Positions 1 through 11,267 are shown, counted from the first letter of the stretch. The stretch is DNA of 64,000 nt from Dehalococcoidia bacterium (GCA_965226875.1 OZ245439.1:3601817-3665816), one strand, 5' to 3'. Notes: a model not told the origin generated them from the sequence alone. Translations and numbers: made by a program.

Positions 1-288
1 CTCGTCTTGGGGGCGGCCCCAGTTCTCGGTGGAGAAGGCGTAGATGGTGGCGAACCGGACGCCGAAGGAAATCAGAGTTTCCAGCAGGACCTGGATACGC
101 TCGACCCCGGCGCGGTGGCCCTCCAGCCGGGGCAGGCCACGCTTATGGGCCCATCGACCGTTGCCATCCATGATAAAGGCGACGTGAAGCGGACCTGCGC
201 CGCCCTGGGACCGGGATTGCGCCCCATCTTCATCCGCTGCGCTCAGGCCGCTCCGTTCCGTTTCGCTCCTCTCCGCTGAAGCAGCCAC
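1..288 (-). CDS. uppS: undecaprenyl (isoprenyl) diphosphate synthase, N-terminal part; gene runs off the left edge
   Basis: Own reverse-strand translation; absent from the ORF track because there is no stop in the window. GTG at 288..286, then ...[62 protein letters not shown], with the DGNGRWA and FSTENW cis-prenyltransferase motifs. It lies directly downstream of frr, as in the conserved pyrH-frr-uppS order. Confidence 0.85.
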   Translation of the reverse strand, partial: MAASAERSETERSGLSAADEDGAQSRSQGGAGPLHVAFIMDGNGRWAHKRGLPRLEGHRAGVERIQVLLETLISFGVRFATIYAFSTENWGRPQDE

Positions 289-297
289 CGGAACGGG

Positions 298-885
298 CTA
301 GACCTGGAGAATCTCCGCCTCTTTGGCGGACGCAGTCTCGTCTATCTGCTTCGTATGGTCGTCGGTGACCTTCTGAAGCTGGTCTTGGGCGCGGTGGTTT
401 TCGTCTTGGGAAATGGCCTTGTCACGCTCCATTTTGCGCAGAGTTTCCAGCCCGTCGCGGCGCACGTTGCGGACCGAAACCTTGCCGTCCTCGACCTTCC
501 GGCGCAGCAGCTTCACCATCTCCTGGCGCCGTTCGTTGGTCAGGGGCGGGATGGGCACGGTGATGACGTTGCCGTCGTTGGACGGATTGAAGCCCATCTC
601 GGAGCGTTGCAGGCTTCGCTCGATCTCCCGCATCGCGCCCTTGTCCCACGGCTGTACCTGGATGGCGCGAGCGTCGGGGGCAGAGATGGAGGCGATTTGC
701 TTCAGAGGAGTCGCGGAGCCGTAATAGTCCACGGACAGGTTCTCTATCAACGAAGGCGTGGCCCGTCCGGTGCGCAACTGGGTCAGGTCCCGATTGAAGG
801 CTTCCAGGGACCGGTCCATCCGGGTGTCTATGTTGCTCAACACCTGCTCCGCGGTTAACTCGGTTTCACCTTCCATCGCGGCCAT
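298..885 (-). CDS. frr: ribosome recycling factor
   Basis: ORF 298..936 contains LTQLRTGRATPSLIENLSVDYYGSATPLKQIASISAPDARAIQVQPWDK. I moved the start to ATG 885 (MAAMEGE), which has GGAGGG upstream and abuts the pyrH stop at 888. Confidence 0.93.
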   Translation of the reverse strand: MAAMEGETELTAEQVLSNIDTRMDRSLEAFNRDLTQLRTGRATPSLIENLSVDYYGSATPLKQIASISAPDARAIQVQPWDKGAMREIERSLQRSEMGFNPSNDGNVITVPIPPLTNERRQEMVKLLRRKVEDGKVSVRNVRRDGLETLRKMERDKAISQDENHRAQDQLQKVTDDHTKQIDETASAKEAEILQV

Positions 886-887
886 GG

Positions 888-2148
<1,261 letters not shown>

Positions 2149-2390
2149 CTGCTTTACTCCTTAATCGTTACTAGTTGTGTATTTGGCTGTACCCGGCCGG
2201 GGAATAATCGCCAATGGCGGGCCGGTCCGCTCGCCTCAATCCCAGCAGACGCTCCAGCCGGATGCGGTCGCCCCCTGACAACTGGATTCTGGCGTGCTCC
2301 AAGAACCGGCGGCTCATCTGCGCGTGGCCTTCGACGTCTAGCTCACCGGGTTCAGGCAGCGGCGTTGTCATGCTGTGCGTTTCGGGCGGC

Positions 2391-3731
2391 CTACTGGTTG
2401 TCCCCTGCGGTGTCTCGCCCGCCGGCTACGCGGGCGCCCATGCTGGCGGCCAGCTCGGCCAGGGTGCTCTCGTCCAGCGTGATCGCGTCGGTCAGGGCCG
2501 CGTCCTCGCGCTCAGACAGGCCCTCGGGCTCGCCCAAGCCAGCGGCGTCTGCGGCCAGCGACTGCATCTCTTCCATCTCGGCCTGTAGCGCAGCCTCCCG
2601 CTGTGCCAGTCCTTCCAGCACCGCCGAGGCCATGCGGTTGGTGACCAGGCGGATGGAGCGGACAGCGTCGTCGTTGCCGGGAACGATGTGGTCCACCAAG
2701 TCGGGGTTGCAGTCGGAGTCGACGATGGCGAAAACGTCGATGCCCAGCCGCCGCGCCTCGGCGACGCAGATGTTCTCCCGCCCGATGTCGATAGCGAAGA
2801 TGGCCTGGGGCAGAGTGGTCATGTCCCTCATGCCGGTGAAGTACTTTTCCAGCCGGTTAAGGGTGTCCCGCATCTTGACGCCCTCTTTCTTGGGCAGCAG
2901 GCGGAAATAACCCTGGTCCCGCTTCTGCTGGAGTTCCAGCATATAGTTGATGCGGGTGCGGATGGTCTGGAAGTTGGTCAGGGTGCCGCCCAGCCACCGC
3001 TGGTTGACGTACCACATACCGCAGCGGTCGGCTTCGCTCTGTATCACTTCCTGGGCCTGCCGCTTGGTGCCCACAAACAGGACCTTGCCGCCGTTGGCAA
3101 CCAGTTCCACCATGTCCTTGTAGGCATCGTTAATCATGCCCAGCGTCTGTTGCAGGTCGATAATGTGGATGCCGTTGCGCTGGGTGAAGATGTAGCGCTT
3201 CATGGTGGGGTTCCACCGCCGGGTCTGATGCCCGAAGTGGACGCCCGCCTCCAGAAGGGCCTTCATGTTGATGGGCTCCCGCCCCGTCGGCTGCGGGGGA
3301 CGCTCCGGCGCGGGCCGGGGCTGCTGTTGCGCCTCCGGGGGCCGGGCTTGGGGAGCTGGGGGTGCTTCCGCCACTGCAACGGCGGCCTGCGCCGGGGCCG
3401 TCTGTTCCGCCGGGGGCGCTTCCGCCACCGCAACGGCGGCCTGCGCCGGGGCCGTCTGTTCCGCCGGGGGCGCTTCCACCACCGCAGCGGCGGCCTGCGC
3501 CGGGGCCGTCTGTTCCGCCGGGGGCGCTTCCACCACCGCAGCGGCGGCCTGCGCCGGGGCCGTCTGTTCCGCCGGGGGCGCTTCCACCACCGCAGCGGCG
3601 GCCTGCGCCGGGGCCGTCTGTTCCACCGGGGCGGGCGCCGCCGCTTCCGGCGCGCTTTCTACCACTGTCTCTTCCGGTCGCTCTTGCGACTCAACCATCC
3701 AATACCCGCCTTTTATCTTCTTACTGGCCAT
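2391..3731 (-). CDS. rpsB: 30S ribosomal protein S2 with a long repeat-containing N-terminal extension and a C-terminal tail
   Basis: S2 core INMKALLEAGVHFGHQTRRWNPTMKRYIFTQRNGIHIIDLQQT...LFVGTKRQAQ. About 170 aa of Ala/Pro/Gln-rich sequence precede the core. The start is ambiguous: ATG at 3779, 3731 or 3698. Confidence 0.9.
   Translation of the reverse strand: MASKKIKGGYWMVESQERPEETVVESAPEAAAPAPVEQTAPAQAAAAVVEAPPAEQTAPAQAAAAVVEAPPAEQTAPAQAAAAVVEAPPAEQTAPAQAAVAVAEAPPAEQTAPAQAAVAVAEAPPAPQARPPEAQQQPRPAPERPPQPTGREPINMKALLEAGVHFGHQTRRWNPTMKRYIFTQRNGIHIIDLQQTLGMINDAYKDMVELVANGGKVLFVGTKRQAQEVIQSEADRCGMWYVNQRWLGGTLTNFQTIRTRINYMLELQQKRDQGYFRLLPKKEGVKMRDTLNRLEKYFTGMRDMTTLPQAIFAIDIGRENICVAEARRLGIDVFAIVDSDCNPDLVDHIVPGNDDAVRSIRLVTNRMASAVLEGLAQREAALQAEMEEMQSLAADAAGLGEPEGLSEREDAALTDAITLDESTLAELAASMGARVAGGRDTAGDNQ
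3358..3627. repeat. tandem repeat, 5 x 54 bp, in frame inside rpsB
   Basis: Unit GGGGGCGCTTCC(G/A)CCACCGCA(A/G)CGGCGGCCTGCGCCGGGGCCGTCTGTTCCGCC starts at 3358, 3412, 3466, 3520 and 3574. It encodes PPAEQTAPAQAA(A/V)AV(V/A)EA five times on the minus strand. There are two sequence subtypes. Confidence 0.95.
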
Positions 3732-4083
3732 GCCAGAGATAGGCAAACCAACCTCGGCCCGCCCTGCCAAATGGCACACTGGGAAACGTTAGGAGTATAT
3801 CATAGCCCCCAAAGCCGGGCAAACGCGACGCGGGCAAATTTCTGATGACCCTGCTTCCTTAGTCACGCTCCACCAACTCGCCTTTAGCGTACTTGTGCAT
3901 CGAGTTGCCGGCAGTATTACGACGGCCTGCACCGGGACGGGTTCCCAAAGTCCGCCGGCGAAGCCGGCAGCGGGATTCGCGCCATCCTGGTTGCGGCGCC
4001 GGAAAGCCCGGACTGCCCGCCGGTCCCGCAACATTCATACAGGGTCAATGCTGCATCAATTTCAATGCCCCGAACACCCGATG

Positions 4084-6465
4084 CTACTCCGGCTCCAGCG
4101 TCTGATGAGTCTCGCTGTCGGCTATGATGGCGTCCCAGTCCCAGCGCATGGGGCGCATTTGGACCTGGCGCCAGGCATCCGACTGGTCGTGGTAGTGGGG
4201 GCTGCCCGGGTGGCCGGAACTGCCCAGGGGCACAACCCACAGCGAGTCGTCCCAGTTGGCCGTGTCGTAGGAGTAGCGGGCCACCGACAGGCTGGTGACC
4301 GTGGCAGGAGCTGAGGGCGAGTAACCGCCCTGCAGCGGAGTGTCGCCGTCGCCGCTGTGAGGGATGGGCGGCGGGTCCAGCAGGCCGTCCAGCTCCGGGT
4401 GCGCGGCGGAGAGGGTGTGGCGCGGCACGGCGCGGTGGATGCGGTCCCAGGCCCAGCCGTCGGGGTCGTCGCCCAGACGCTCGCGCAGGTCGGCCACGCC
4501 CCGGGCCAACGCGCGGGAGATGGCGGCGGGCCAGGTGTCGCCGTCGGCCAGCAGCGAGCGGTCGTCCTGCCGGACCATCTCCACCATCCGGGCCTTGAAG
4601 CGGTTGCTGAAGGAACCGAGGCCCCGGTCAGCGGGGTGCCAAGCGGCATCGGCCAATTCCGGCGTCAGGTTGCGCTCCAGCAGTTCCTTGAGCAGCGCGT
4701 CGCGCATCGCTGAATAGATGGTCGGCTCCACGCGGTGAGCGTCCATGGTGCCGTCCCATCCCAGCAGACGCTCGCGGGCGATGGCCGACAGTGCGTCCTG
4801 CGGCTCCACGCCGGGCAGCACGGCCAGGTAGGCCAGCGAGGGGAGGGAGACCCGCTGCGCGTGGACTCTGGCCATGTCGGGCGCGGCGGGCTTGGTCAGC
4901 GACTTCAGGCCCTGCGTCACACCCCTGACGCGGAACTCCGGAGTGAAATCCACGGCTATGTAGTGGGGATAGTCGTCGCCCACGGGCCGGTTGTTGGCGG
5001 TGGCGATGTAGCCCTCCGGCGGGTTGACGGAGCGGGGCAGTTCCTCAAAGGGGATGTCGCCATGCCACTCGTGCTCGCCCGTCCAGCCCGGCACCGGCAG
5101 CCAGCCGTTGACGCGCGGGCGGATGGGGATGCGCCCCCGGCAGAGATAGCCGATGTTCCCGTCCACGTCGGCGAAGAGGAAGTTATTGCAGGGGTCAACC
5201 CAGCCGCGTTGGGATTCCGCCAGCTCCTCGGCGTTGCGGGCGCGGAGCATCCGCCACAGGATGGCCGTCCATGCTCCCCCTCCATCCCCCCCGTCGTGGA
5301 AGGGAATTGAAGGGTGGGTGGTGGCGGTGTACTTGAGGGCCATACCCGAGCCTACCTCCGGCCCTCCTGAGATGATGGGGCCGTGCCCGGTTGCCACAAT
5401 CCTCACGGACTCCTCGCGCCCGCTGCTGCTGCGCACGGTCTCGTCGTATACCTCGGCGTCCAGCCACTCGCCCTTCCAGAGATATTGCGGCGTCTCGCCG
5501 TCCCGGAGTTGCTCTATGTACAGGTCCTGGTAATCGGCGGCGGTGTGGGTGACGCTCCAGCAAACCCACGGGTTGTGGCCGAAGTGCGGGAAGGCCGGGA
5601 CGCCGGGGAAGGACAGCCCGGTGACGTCGAACTCCGGGCAGGAGATGCGGTTCTGGTAGTAGGCGTTGGGAGTGTCCAGCCCGCGGTGGGAGTCTCCGGC
5701 CAGCAGTGGCCTGCCGGTGGCGGTGGCGTCGCCACCCACCACCCAACTGTTGCTGCCGCCGTCCATCTCCGACAGGTAGTTGAGGGCGGCGGCGCCTTCG
5801 GCTAGCTCCTTCAGGCCCACGTCCAGCGGGCCGGGTGCCGTAGCGCCGGGGGGCAGTATCAGCAGGTGGCCCGGCTCGTAGCCGGGGAAGAGCTTGCCAG
5901 CCTTCTCCGGCCCCATTGCCCGCACCATCCGCGCCCGCCAGACCTTGGACTCGAAAACGCCCATCAGGATGTGGCGCACCTTATACACGGTCATGCTGTC
6001 CCACGGCTGCCACGGCTCCGGCTCGATGCCTGCGATGCCATACTCGGCGGGCAACGGGTCGGGGCCTTCGATGAAGGCGTTGACCCCGGCGGCGTAGGCG
6101 TCAAACACCATCCGGGTGTGCGGGTCCATGGCGGCGTAGTCGGCCTTGGCGCTGGCGGCCAGCCGGAAGCGGCGCATCAGCTTGTCCTGCTCCAGCGCGC
6201 CGTCGCCTGCGGCCTCGGCCCAGCGTCCGCTGCCCCGCAGGCGGTCGTACTCCATATGCCACAGCCGGTCCTGAGACGTGACGAACCCTTGGGCGAAAAA
6301 TGCGTCGTGTTCATTCTCCGCCCGGACGTGGGGTATGCCAAGCCCGTCGCGGTAAACTTCCACCCTGGCCTTCAGGCCCTCGAGTCGCAGCGTTCCCGAA
6401 AGCCGGGGAATCGCCGCCGCCAGCTCGCTGGCGCCAATCTCGCTTACGCCAACCATTCCATTCAC
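4084..6465 (-). CDS. penicillin acylase family protein (Ntn hydrolase; penicillin/AHL acylase-like)
   Basis: 793 aa. The motif DGGSNSWVVGGDATATGRPLLAGDSH matches the autoprocessing site and Ser nucleophile context of penicillin amidases. I saw no obvious signal peptide. Confidence 0.85.
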   Translation of the reverse strand: MNGMVGVSEIGASELAAAIPRLSGTLRLEGLKARVEVYRDGLGIPHVRAENEHDAFFAQGFVTSQDRLWHMEYDRLRGSGRWAEAAGDGALEQDKLMRRFRLAASAKADYAAMDPHTRMVFDAYAAGVNAFIEGPDPLPAEYGIAGIEPEPWQPWDSMTVYKVRHILMGVFESKVWRARMVRAMGPEKAGKLFPGYEPGHLLILPPGATAPGPLDVGLKELAEGAAALNYLSEMDGGSNSWVVGGDATATGRPLLAGDSHRGLDTPNAYYQNRISCPEFDVTGLSFPGVPAFPHFGHNPWVCWSVTHTAADYQDLYIEQLRDGETPQYLWKGEWLDAEVYDETVRSSSGREESVRIVATGHGPIISGGPEVGSGMALKYTATTHPSIPFHDGGDGGGAWTAILWRMLRARNAEELAESQRGWVDPCNNFLFADVDGNIGYLCRGRIPIRPRVNGWLPVPGWTGEHEWHGDIPFEELPRSVNPPEGYIATANNRPVGDDYPHYIAVDFTPEFRVRGVTQGLKSLTKPAAPDMARVHAQRVSLPSLAYLAVLPGVEPQDALSAIARERLLGWDGTMDAHRVEPTIYSAMRDALLKELLERNLTPELADAAWHPADRGLGSFSNRFKARMVEMVRQDDRSLLADGDTWPAAISRALARGVADLRERLGDDPDGWAWDRIHRAVPRHTLSAAHPELDGLLDPPPIPHSGDGDTPLQGGYSPSAPATVTSLSVARYSYDTANWDDSLWVVPLGSSGHPGSPHYHDQSDAWRQVQMRPMRWDWDAIIADSETHQTLEPE

Positions 6466-6820
6466 CTCTCCCGGAATTTACGGGATGATAGCACGGGAAG
6501 GCGAAATGGAGCGTCGCGCGCGCGCAGCGCGTGTCGGTCAGGGTTGTTGCAGGCGCCGGGGTTCCGCTTCGAGTTTGCGGATCCGGGCTTCGGCAGCCAG
6601 GCGGCCCTCGCGTTCGGCGATGCGCCCTTCCGCTTCCTCTAATATATGGTACCGGAGATAAGCAGAAGCATCCGGCGCGGGCGCCGTTATGTCCGCGGAT
6701 CCCAGTGTCTTTTGCGCTCCGCATTTCCCAATTCCCTGTTTCGCGCATATAGCATATAATTGGTCATTGCAATCCGGGGAGGGCCGATTAGGTGCGTCTC
6801 CCGCCGAGTAGGGGTTTCCC

Positions 6821-7465
6821 GTGGCGATATTGACCATCCGGCTGGTGCCGAATCCTGCCCTGTTCAAGAAGGCGCGCAAGATCGCCAAGATCACCGCGCA
6901 GCACAAGAAGCTGGCCCAAGACATGGTGGAAACAATGTCCGAGCATAACGGCGTGGGGCTGGCGGCCAACCAGGTGGGGGTGCTGGAACGCATCTGCGTC
7001 GTCCAGACGCCGGACATGGAAGAAGCCATGATCCTGGTGAACCCGGAGATTGTGAAGAAGGAAGGCCAGCGCGAGGTCGAAGAGGGCTGTCTTAGCGTCC
7101 CCGGCTATCGCGGCATGGTGATTCGTTCCGAGTGGGTACGGGCCCGCGCCCTGGACCTCAACTCCAAGACCTTCAAGGTGGAAGCCGACGAGCTTCTGGC
7201 CCAAGCGCTGGAGCATGAGATAGACCACCTGAACGGCATCATGTACATGGACCACCTCGTCGCCCATACCACCGTGTACAAGATTCAAGAGGCGGCGGAA
7301 GACGAGGACGACGAAGACGAGGACGACGAGGAAGAAGGCGAAAACGGCCACACCCACGGCCACGAACGCACCCACGACCCGGCTTTCGAGGCCATGCACC
7401 GCCGCCTGCACGGGCTGGACGGCGAAGGCGCCGATACCGGAACAGGCGAGACCGCCGCTTCGTAA
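6821..7465 (+). CDS. def: peptide deformylase with acidic/His-rich C-terminal tail
   Basis: All three PDF motifs are present: GVGLAANQVG, EGCLSVPG and HEIDHLNG. GTG start. The tail is EDEDDEDEDDEEEGENGHTHGHERTH. Confidence 0.92.
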   Translation: MAILTIRLVPNPALFKKARKIAKITAQHKKLAQDMVETMSEHNGVGLAANQVGVLERICVVQTPDMEEAMILVNPEIVKKEGQREVEEGCLSVPGYRGMVIRSEWVRARALDLNSKTFKVEADELLAQALEHEIDHLNGIMYMDHLVAHTTVYKIQEAAEDEDDEDEDDEEEGENGHTHGHERTHDPAFEAMHRRLHGLDGEGADTGTGETAAS

Positions 7466-7514
7466 ACAGCTCCCCCTCCTTGGGGGAGGGTTTTCCCGAA
7501 CAGTTCCCTCTATT

Positions 7515-9209
7515 TTGAGGGAGAAGGTCAGGGTGAGGGTGGGGCCGCCACCGAATCAGACCGTTTTCCCGGACAACGCTCCATCGGACCCATATAACGC
7601 GGGACCCATGCAACACCCACCCCATGCAACGCGCAACGGACCTATGCAATCCACAACATCCATAACAGACATGACCGGGACAGACACGACCGGCCCGACA
7701 TTGATTGACCGGCTGACCGCTTTCTTTTCCGCCCGGGGGCTGGACGCCTACCTGGTGGGCGGGGTGGTGCGCGACCGGCTGCTGGGTCGAACCACCGACA
7801 CCGACGTTGACCTCGCCGTGGAGGGGGACGCCGTCGCCCTGGGGCGGGAGTTGGCCGACGAACTCGGAGGCTCGCTGGCGCCCCTCAGCGTTCCGCGCGG
7901 TATGATGCGCGTGGTGCTGCCTCGTGCCGGGGACGCTGACAGCAACGCCGGAGACCACAGCCGCATTGTGGACCTGTCGGGCTTCTTCGGACCCATCGAA
8001 GCCGACCTGGAGCGGCGCGATTTCACCGTCAACGCCATGGCCGTGCGCCTGGCCGACTGGCACAGCGGCGACTTGGGCAGCGCGGTGATTGACCCATTCG
8101 ACGGGCGCGGCGACCTGCTGCGAAAGACTATCCGCGCGCTTAATCCCGGCGTATTCCACGACGACCCAGGCCGCCTGCTGCGGGCGGTGCGGCTGGCCGG
8201 TGAGCTGGGCCTGCGCGCCGAGCCGGAAACCGTGCGGATGCTGGCCGCCAACTCCCACCTGCTGCCCCGGGTCTCTCCCGACCGGATGCGCGACGAGTTC
8301 CTGCGCCTGCTGGCCCCCAACGGCGCCCGGGGGCGCATCGAGACCCTGGACCGGCTGGGGCTGCTGGAACATATCATCCCCGAACTCATGGCGACCAAGG
8401 GCGTGGACCAGCCGAAAATGCACTACTGGGACGTCTGGGGCCACACCCTGCACACCGTCGAGTCCGTCGAGGGTGTGACCGGCGGGCATCAGAACTCTCC
8501 GATATACTCCTGCGTCCCGTGGACGCCGGAGTCGGAAGCCCACTTCAACCGGAAGGTCAGCGACGGACACAACCGCCGCACCATCCTCAAGCTGGCGGCG
8601 CTGTTCCACGACATAGCCAAGCCGCAGACCAAGACGCTGGAAGCCGACGGGCGCACCCATTTCTTCGGCCACTCCGAGCAGGGCGCGGTCGTCGCGGAGA
8701 TTCGCCTGACGGCCCTGCGGCTCAGTTCGCGGGGGGTGGACATGGTGTCCAGGATGGTGGAGCATCACCTGCGCCCCTCCAACATGGCGGAAGAAGGCAA
8801 ATGGCCTACCAACCGGGCTATCTACCGCTACTTCCGGGACACGGGAGAGGTGGCCATAGATACGCTGTACCTGTGCCTGGCCGATTATTTGGGGGCAAAA
8901 GGGCCGGAGTTGGCGCATCCCCAGTGGCTTGAACATGCTAGAATGGTTGCTCATGTGCTTCACACGGGCACACAGGAACCTGTCGCCGTAACCACGCCAC
9001 GCCTCGTTACCGGACACGATCTGATGTCCCGGCTCCAGTTGGAGCCGGGGCCCCACCTCGGCGCTCTGCTGGAAACAATCGAGGAGGCGCACGCGGCGGG
9101 CGAAATCGAAAATCAGGAGCAGGCTCTGGAATTGGCTGCCGCCACACTGAAAAGTCAGGGTGCTGCCGCGCCCTCTCGCGGGCCTTTTCCGGTTAACCGA
9201 CCAGACTAA
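7515..9209 (+). CDS. cca: CCA-adding enzyme / poly(A) polymerase family nucleotidyltransferase with HD domain
   Basis: YLVGGVVRDRLLGRTTDTDVDLAV head domain, RDFTVNAM, and the HD motif AALFHDIAKP. The true start is probably downstream (ATG at 7608, 7644 or 7671), because 7476-7545 is a repeat element. Confidence 0.8.
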   Translation: MREKVRVRVGPPPNQTVFPDNAPSDPYNAGPMQHPPHATRNGPMQSTTSITDMTGTDTTGPTLIDRLTAFFSARGLDAYLVGGVVRDRLLGRTTDTDVDLAVEGDAVALGRELADELGGSLAPLSVPRGMMRVVLPRAGDADSNAGDHSRIVDLSGFFGPIEADLERRDFTVNAMAVRLADWHSGDLGSAVIDPFDGRGDLLRKTIRALNPGVFHDDPGRLLRAVRLAGELGLRAEPETVRMLAANSHLLPRVSPDRMRDEFLRLLAPNGARGRIETLDRLGLLEHIIPELMATKGVDQPKMHYWDVWGHTLHTVESVEGVTGGHQNSPIYSCVPWTPESEAHFNRKVSDGHNRRTILKLAALFHDIAKPQTKTLEADGRTHFFGHSEQGAVVAEIRLTALRLSSRGVDMVSRMVEHHLRPSNMAEEGKWPTNRAIYRYFRDTGEVAIDTLYLCLADYLGAKGPELAHPQWLEHARMVAHVLHTGTQEPVAVTTPRLVTGHDLMSRLQLEPGPHLGALLETIEEAHAAGEIENQEQALELAAATLKSQGAAAPSRGPFPVNRPD

Positions 9210-9212
9210 CCG

Positions 9213-11267
9213 ATGCGTTCCCGAAGCGTCCGTCTCACCATAGTCATTCTTTTCATCCTGGGGCTTGCTCTTGCCGCCTTGGGATTTCGCTCTATCTATA
9301 TCGACATCCCCGGTCTGCCCACCCTGGACCGTGAAGGGGCTGGCCCCCTCGGCCTGAAGCTGGGCCTCGACCTCAGCGGCGGCGGGCACCTGGTCTACCA
9401 GGCCGACACCGGCTCCCGATTCGACGTCACCCTGCTGGAACCCACCAACCTGCAGGACATAGCCACGGCCCTGAGCGGCTTCCGCTTCGGGGACGAAGAA
9501 CTGCCACTGGAGGACTACCAGGTATTCCCGCGAGACGTTGAGTTTGTCCAGCGGGAAGTCCCGGCCCCCGTGTCCATAACAGTCGAAGACGCCGAAGACC
9601 AGGAAGAAACGACTGAGGACGAGGAAGCCGCGCCCGGCGACGCCGCCGCGGAATCCGAAGGTGCAGAGCCACAGGCCCAAGGGGAGGGTGAAGAGGAACC
9701 ACCCGAACCGCAGTTCGAGACAATCGCCCTCGCCAGCATCTTCCAGATACGCACGCCGCTTCTGGACCCCGACGACCCGCGCCGCACCGGGTTGCGCGAT
9801 TCCATCGAGGACGCCCTGGGGCAGGTGAGCCAGTTCCGGGTCACCGACATTGGCGAGCCCACGCCCGGCGACATGGAGGGCGTGCTGCACAACATCACCC
9901 GCCGCGTCAACCGCTTCGGCACCGAAGAGCCGATCATCCAGATATTCGGCGACGACCGCATCATCGTCCAGCTACCCGGCGCCAGCGGCTCCACCACCGA
10001 GCTGGCCTTCGCCGACCCGGTGGACGACATCGGTGTGCTGACCGGCGCCTTGACCGCCGCGGGCTACCAGGACGTTAATGTAGAACGGATCGATGACCGG
10101 TCCTTCCGCATCCTGTCCGGTATCGTCGGCGCCGAGGTGGAGACCGCCACGCGAGAGGCTCTGACCGAAGCCATCGCCGCCCCGACGCAGCTCAACGTGA
10201 GCAGCGCCATTGACGAGGCCAAGTCCCTCATCGGCCAGACGGCGCTGCTGGAGTTCAAGGAGCGCACCTGCGACACCTTTATCTGCGCCAACTTCGCCGA
10301 CGCCGACCTGGGGCTGACCGGCGACGACCTGGAGCGCGCTGAGGCCGCCGCCGACCCCGTGGGCTTGGGCTGGGTGGTCAACCTGCAATTCGACGGGCGC
10401 GGCTCCGATATTTTCTCCGAGCTCACCCGCCGCATCGCCGATGTGCAGACCAAGCGCATCGCCATATTCATGGACAACGAGGAAATCCTCGCCCCGGTGT
10501 CCCGCGCCTGGATCCGCGACGGCCGCACCCAGATCAGCGGCAACTTCACCCGCGAAGAGGCCCGCACCCTGGGCATCCAGTTGGAATCGGGCCGCCTGCA
10601 AGTGCCGCTCAAGCTGATCCAAGAGAGCGACGTGGGCCCCGTGCTGGGTGCTGAGTCGCTGGAAAACAGCCTGCGGGCCGGACTGGTCGGGCTGGGGCTG
10701 GTCCTGATCTTCATGGTCGCCTACTACCGCATGGCCGGCGTGGTGGCCGCCTGCGCCCTGGCGTTCTACGCCGTGATGGTGCTGGCTGTGTTCAAGCTCA
10801 TCCCCATCACCCTGGAACTGGCCCACATCGGCGGCTTCATCCTGTCCATCGGCATGGCGGTTGACGCCAACATACTCATCTTCGAGAGGATGAAAGAGGA
10901 AGTCCGCATCGGGCGGACCCTGGCCTCCTCCATGGAGGTCGGGTTCAGCCGGGCCTGGCCGGCCATCCGCGACTCCAACATTTCGACCATGATCACCTGC
11001 CTGGTGTTGCTGTGGTTCGGCGACCGGCTGGGCGGCGGGCTGGTCACCGGCGTGGCCATCAGCCTGTTCATCGGCGTGGCGGCCAGTATGTTCACCGCCG
11101 TGGTGGTCAGCCGCAACCTGCTGCAACTGCTGGCCTTCGTGGGCCTGGGGCAGCGTATTGGCCTGTTCACCCCGGAGCGCGTCGCTCGCGGTTCCGGGAC
11201 GGGGCCAACGCAAACAACCTCCGCAGGCTCCGGGCCTGCCACTGGAACCAGGGGAGGGGGCCGCTAG
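9213..11267 (+). CDS. secD: protein translocase subunit SecD (with acidic insertion)
   Basis: LGLDLSGGGHLVYQAD motif and a C-terminal 6-TM block (GLGLVLIFMVAYYR...ILSIGMAVDANILIFER). Immediately followed by secF. Confidence 0.9.
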   Translation: MRSRSVRLTIVILFILGLALAALGFRSIYIDIPGLPTLDREGAGPLGLKLGLDLSGGGHLVYQADTGSRFDVTLLEPTNLQDIATALSGFRFGDEELPLEDYQVFPRDVEFVQREVPAPVSITVEDAEDQEETTEDEEAAPGDAAAESEGAEPQAQGEGEEEPPEPQFETIALASIFQIRTPLLDPDDPRRTGLRDSIEDALGQVSQFRVTDIGEPTPGDMEGVLHNITRRVNRFGTEEPIIQIFGDDRIIVQLPGASGSTTELAFADPVDDIGVLTGALTAAGYQDVNVERIDDRSFRILSGIVGAEVETATREALTEAIAAPTQLNVSSAIDEAKSLIGQTALLEFKERTCDTFICANFADADLGLTGDDLERAEAAADPVGLGWVVNLQFDGRGSDIFSELTRRIADVQTKRIAIFMDNEEILAPVSRAWIRDGRTQISGNFTREEARTLGIQLESGRLQVPLKLIQESDVGPVLGAESLENSLRAGLVGLGLVLIFMVAYYRMAGVVAACALAFYAVMVLAVFKLIPITLELAHIGGFILSIGMAVDANILIFERMKEEVRIGRTLASSMEVGFSRAWPAIRDSNISTMITCLVLLWFGDRLGGGLVTGVAISLFIGVAASMFTAVVVSRNLLQLLAFVGLGQRIGLFTPERVARGSGTGPTQTTSAGSGPATGTRGGGR

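Noticed and set aside
2171-2371. 66-aa ORF between rpsB and tsf.
   Set aside because: It has no RBS and no recognisable family, in a high-GC spacer where such ORFs arise by chance. There is not enough support to call it.
3358-3627. Regularly spaced 54-bp repeats as a possible CRISPR array.
   Set aside because: The units are contiguous, with no spacers, and in frame inside rpsB. They encode a peptide repeat. No cas genes or leader are present.
6538-7029. 163-aa minus-strand ORF overlapping the def start.
   Set aside because: Most of it is antisense to def. Only the C-terminal coiled-coil-like tail (YLRYHILEEAEGRIAEREGRLAAEARIRKLEAE) lies in the spacer, and that part has no start codon or RBS.
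7239-9890. 883-aa minus-strand ORF. Similar very long ORFs include 1516..2910 (+), 2688..3845 (+), 9972..11213 (-), 32426..34705 (-), 40354..41820 (-) and 43679..44656 (-).
   Set aside because: They lie antisense to, or in alternate frames of, genes with clear family signatures (cca/secD, tsf/rpsB, dnaE2/imuB, HpaB, rel). Their translations are Arg/Gly/Pro/Ala-rich low-complexity sequence, typical of stop-codon-poor frames in high-GC DNA.
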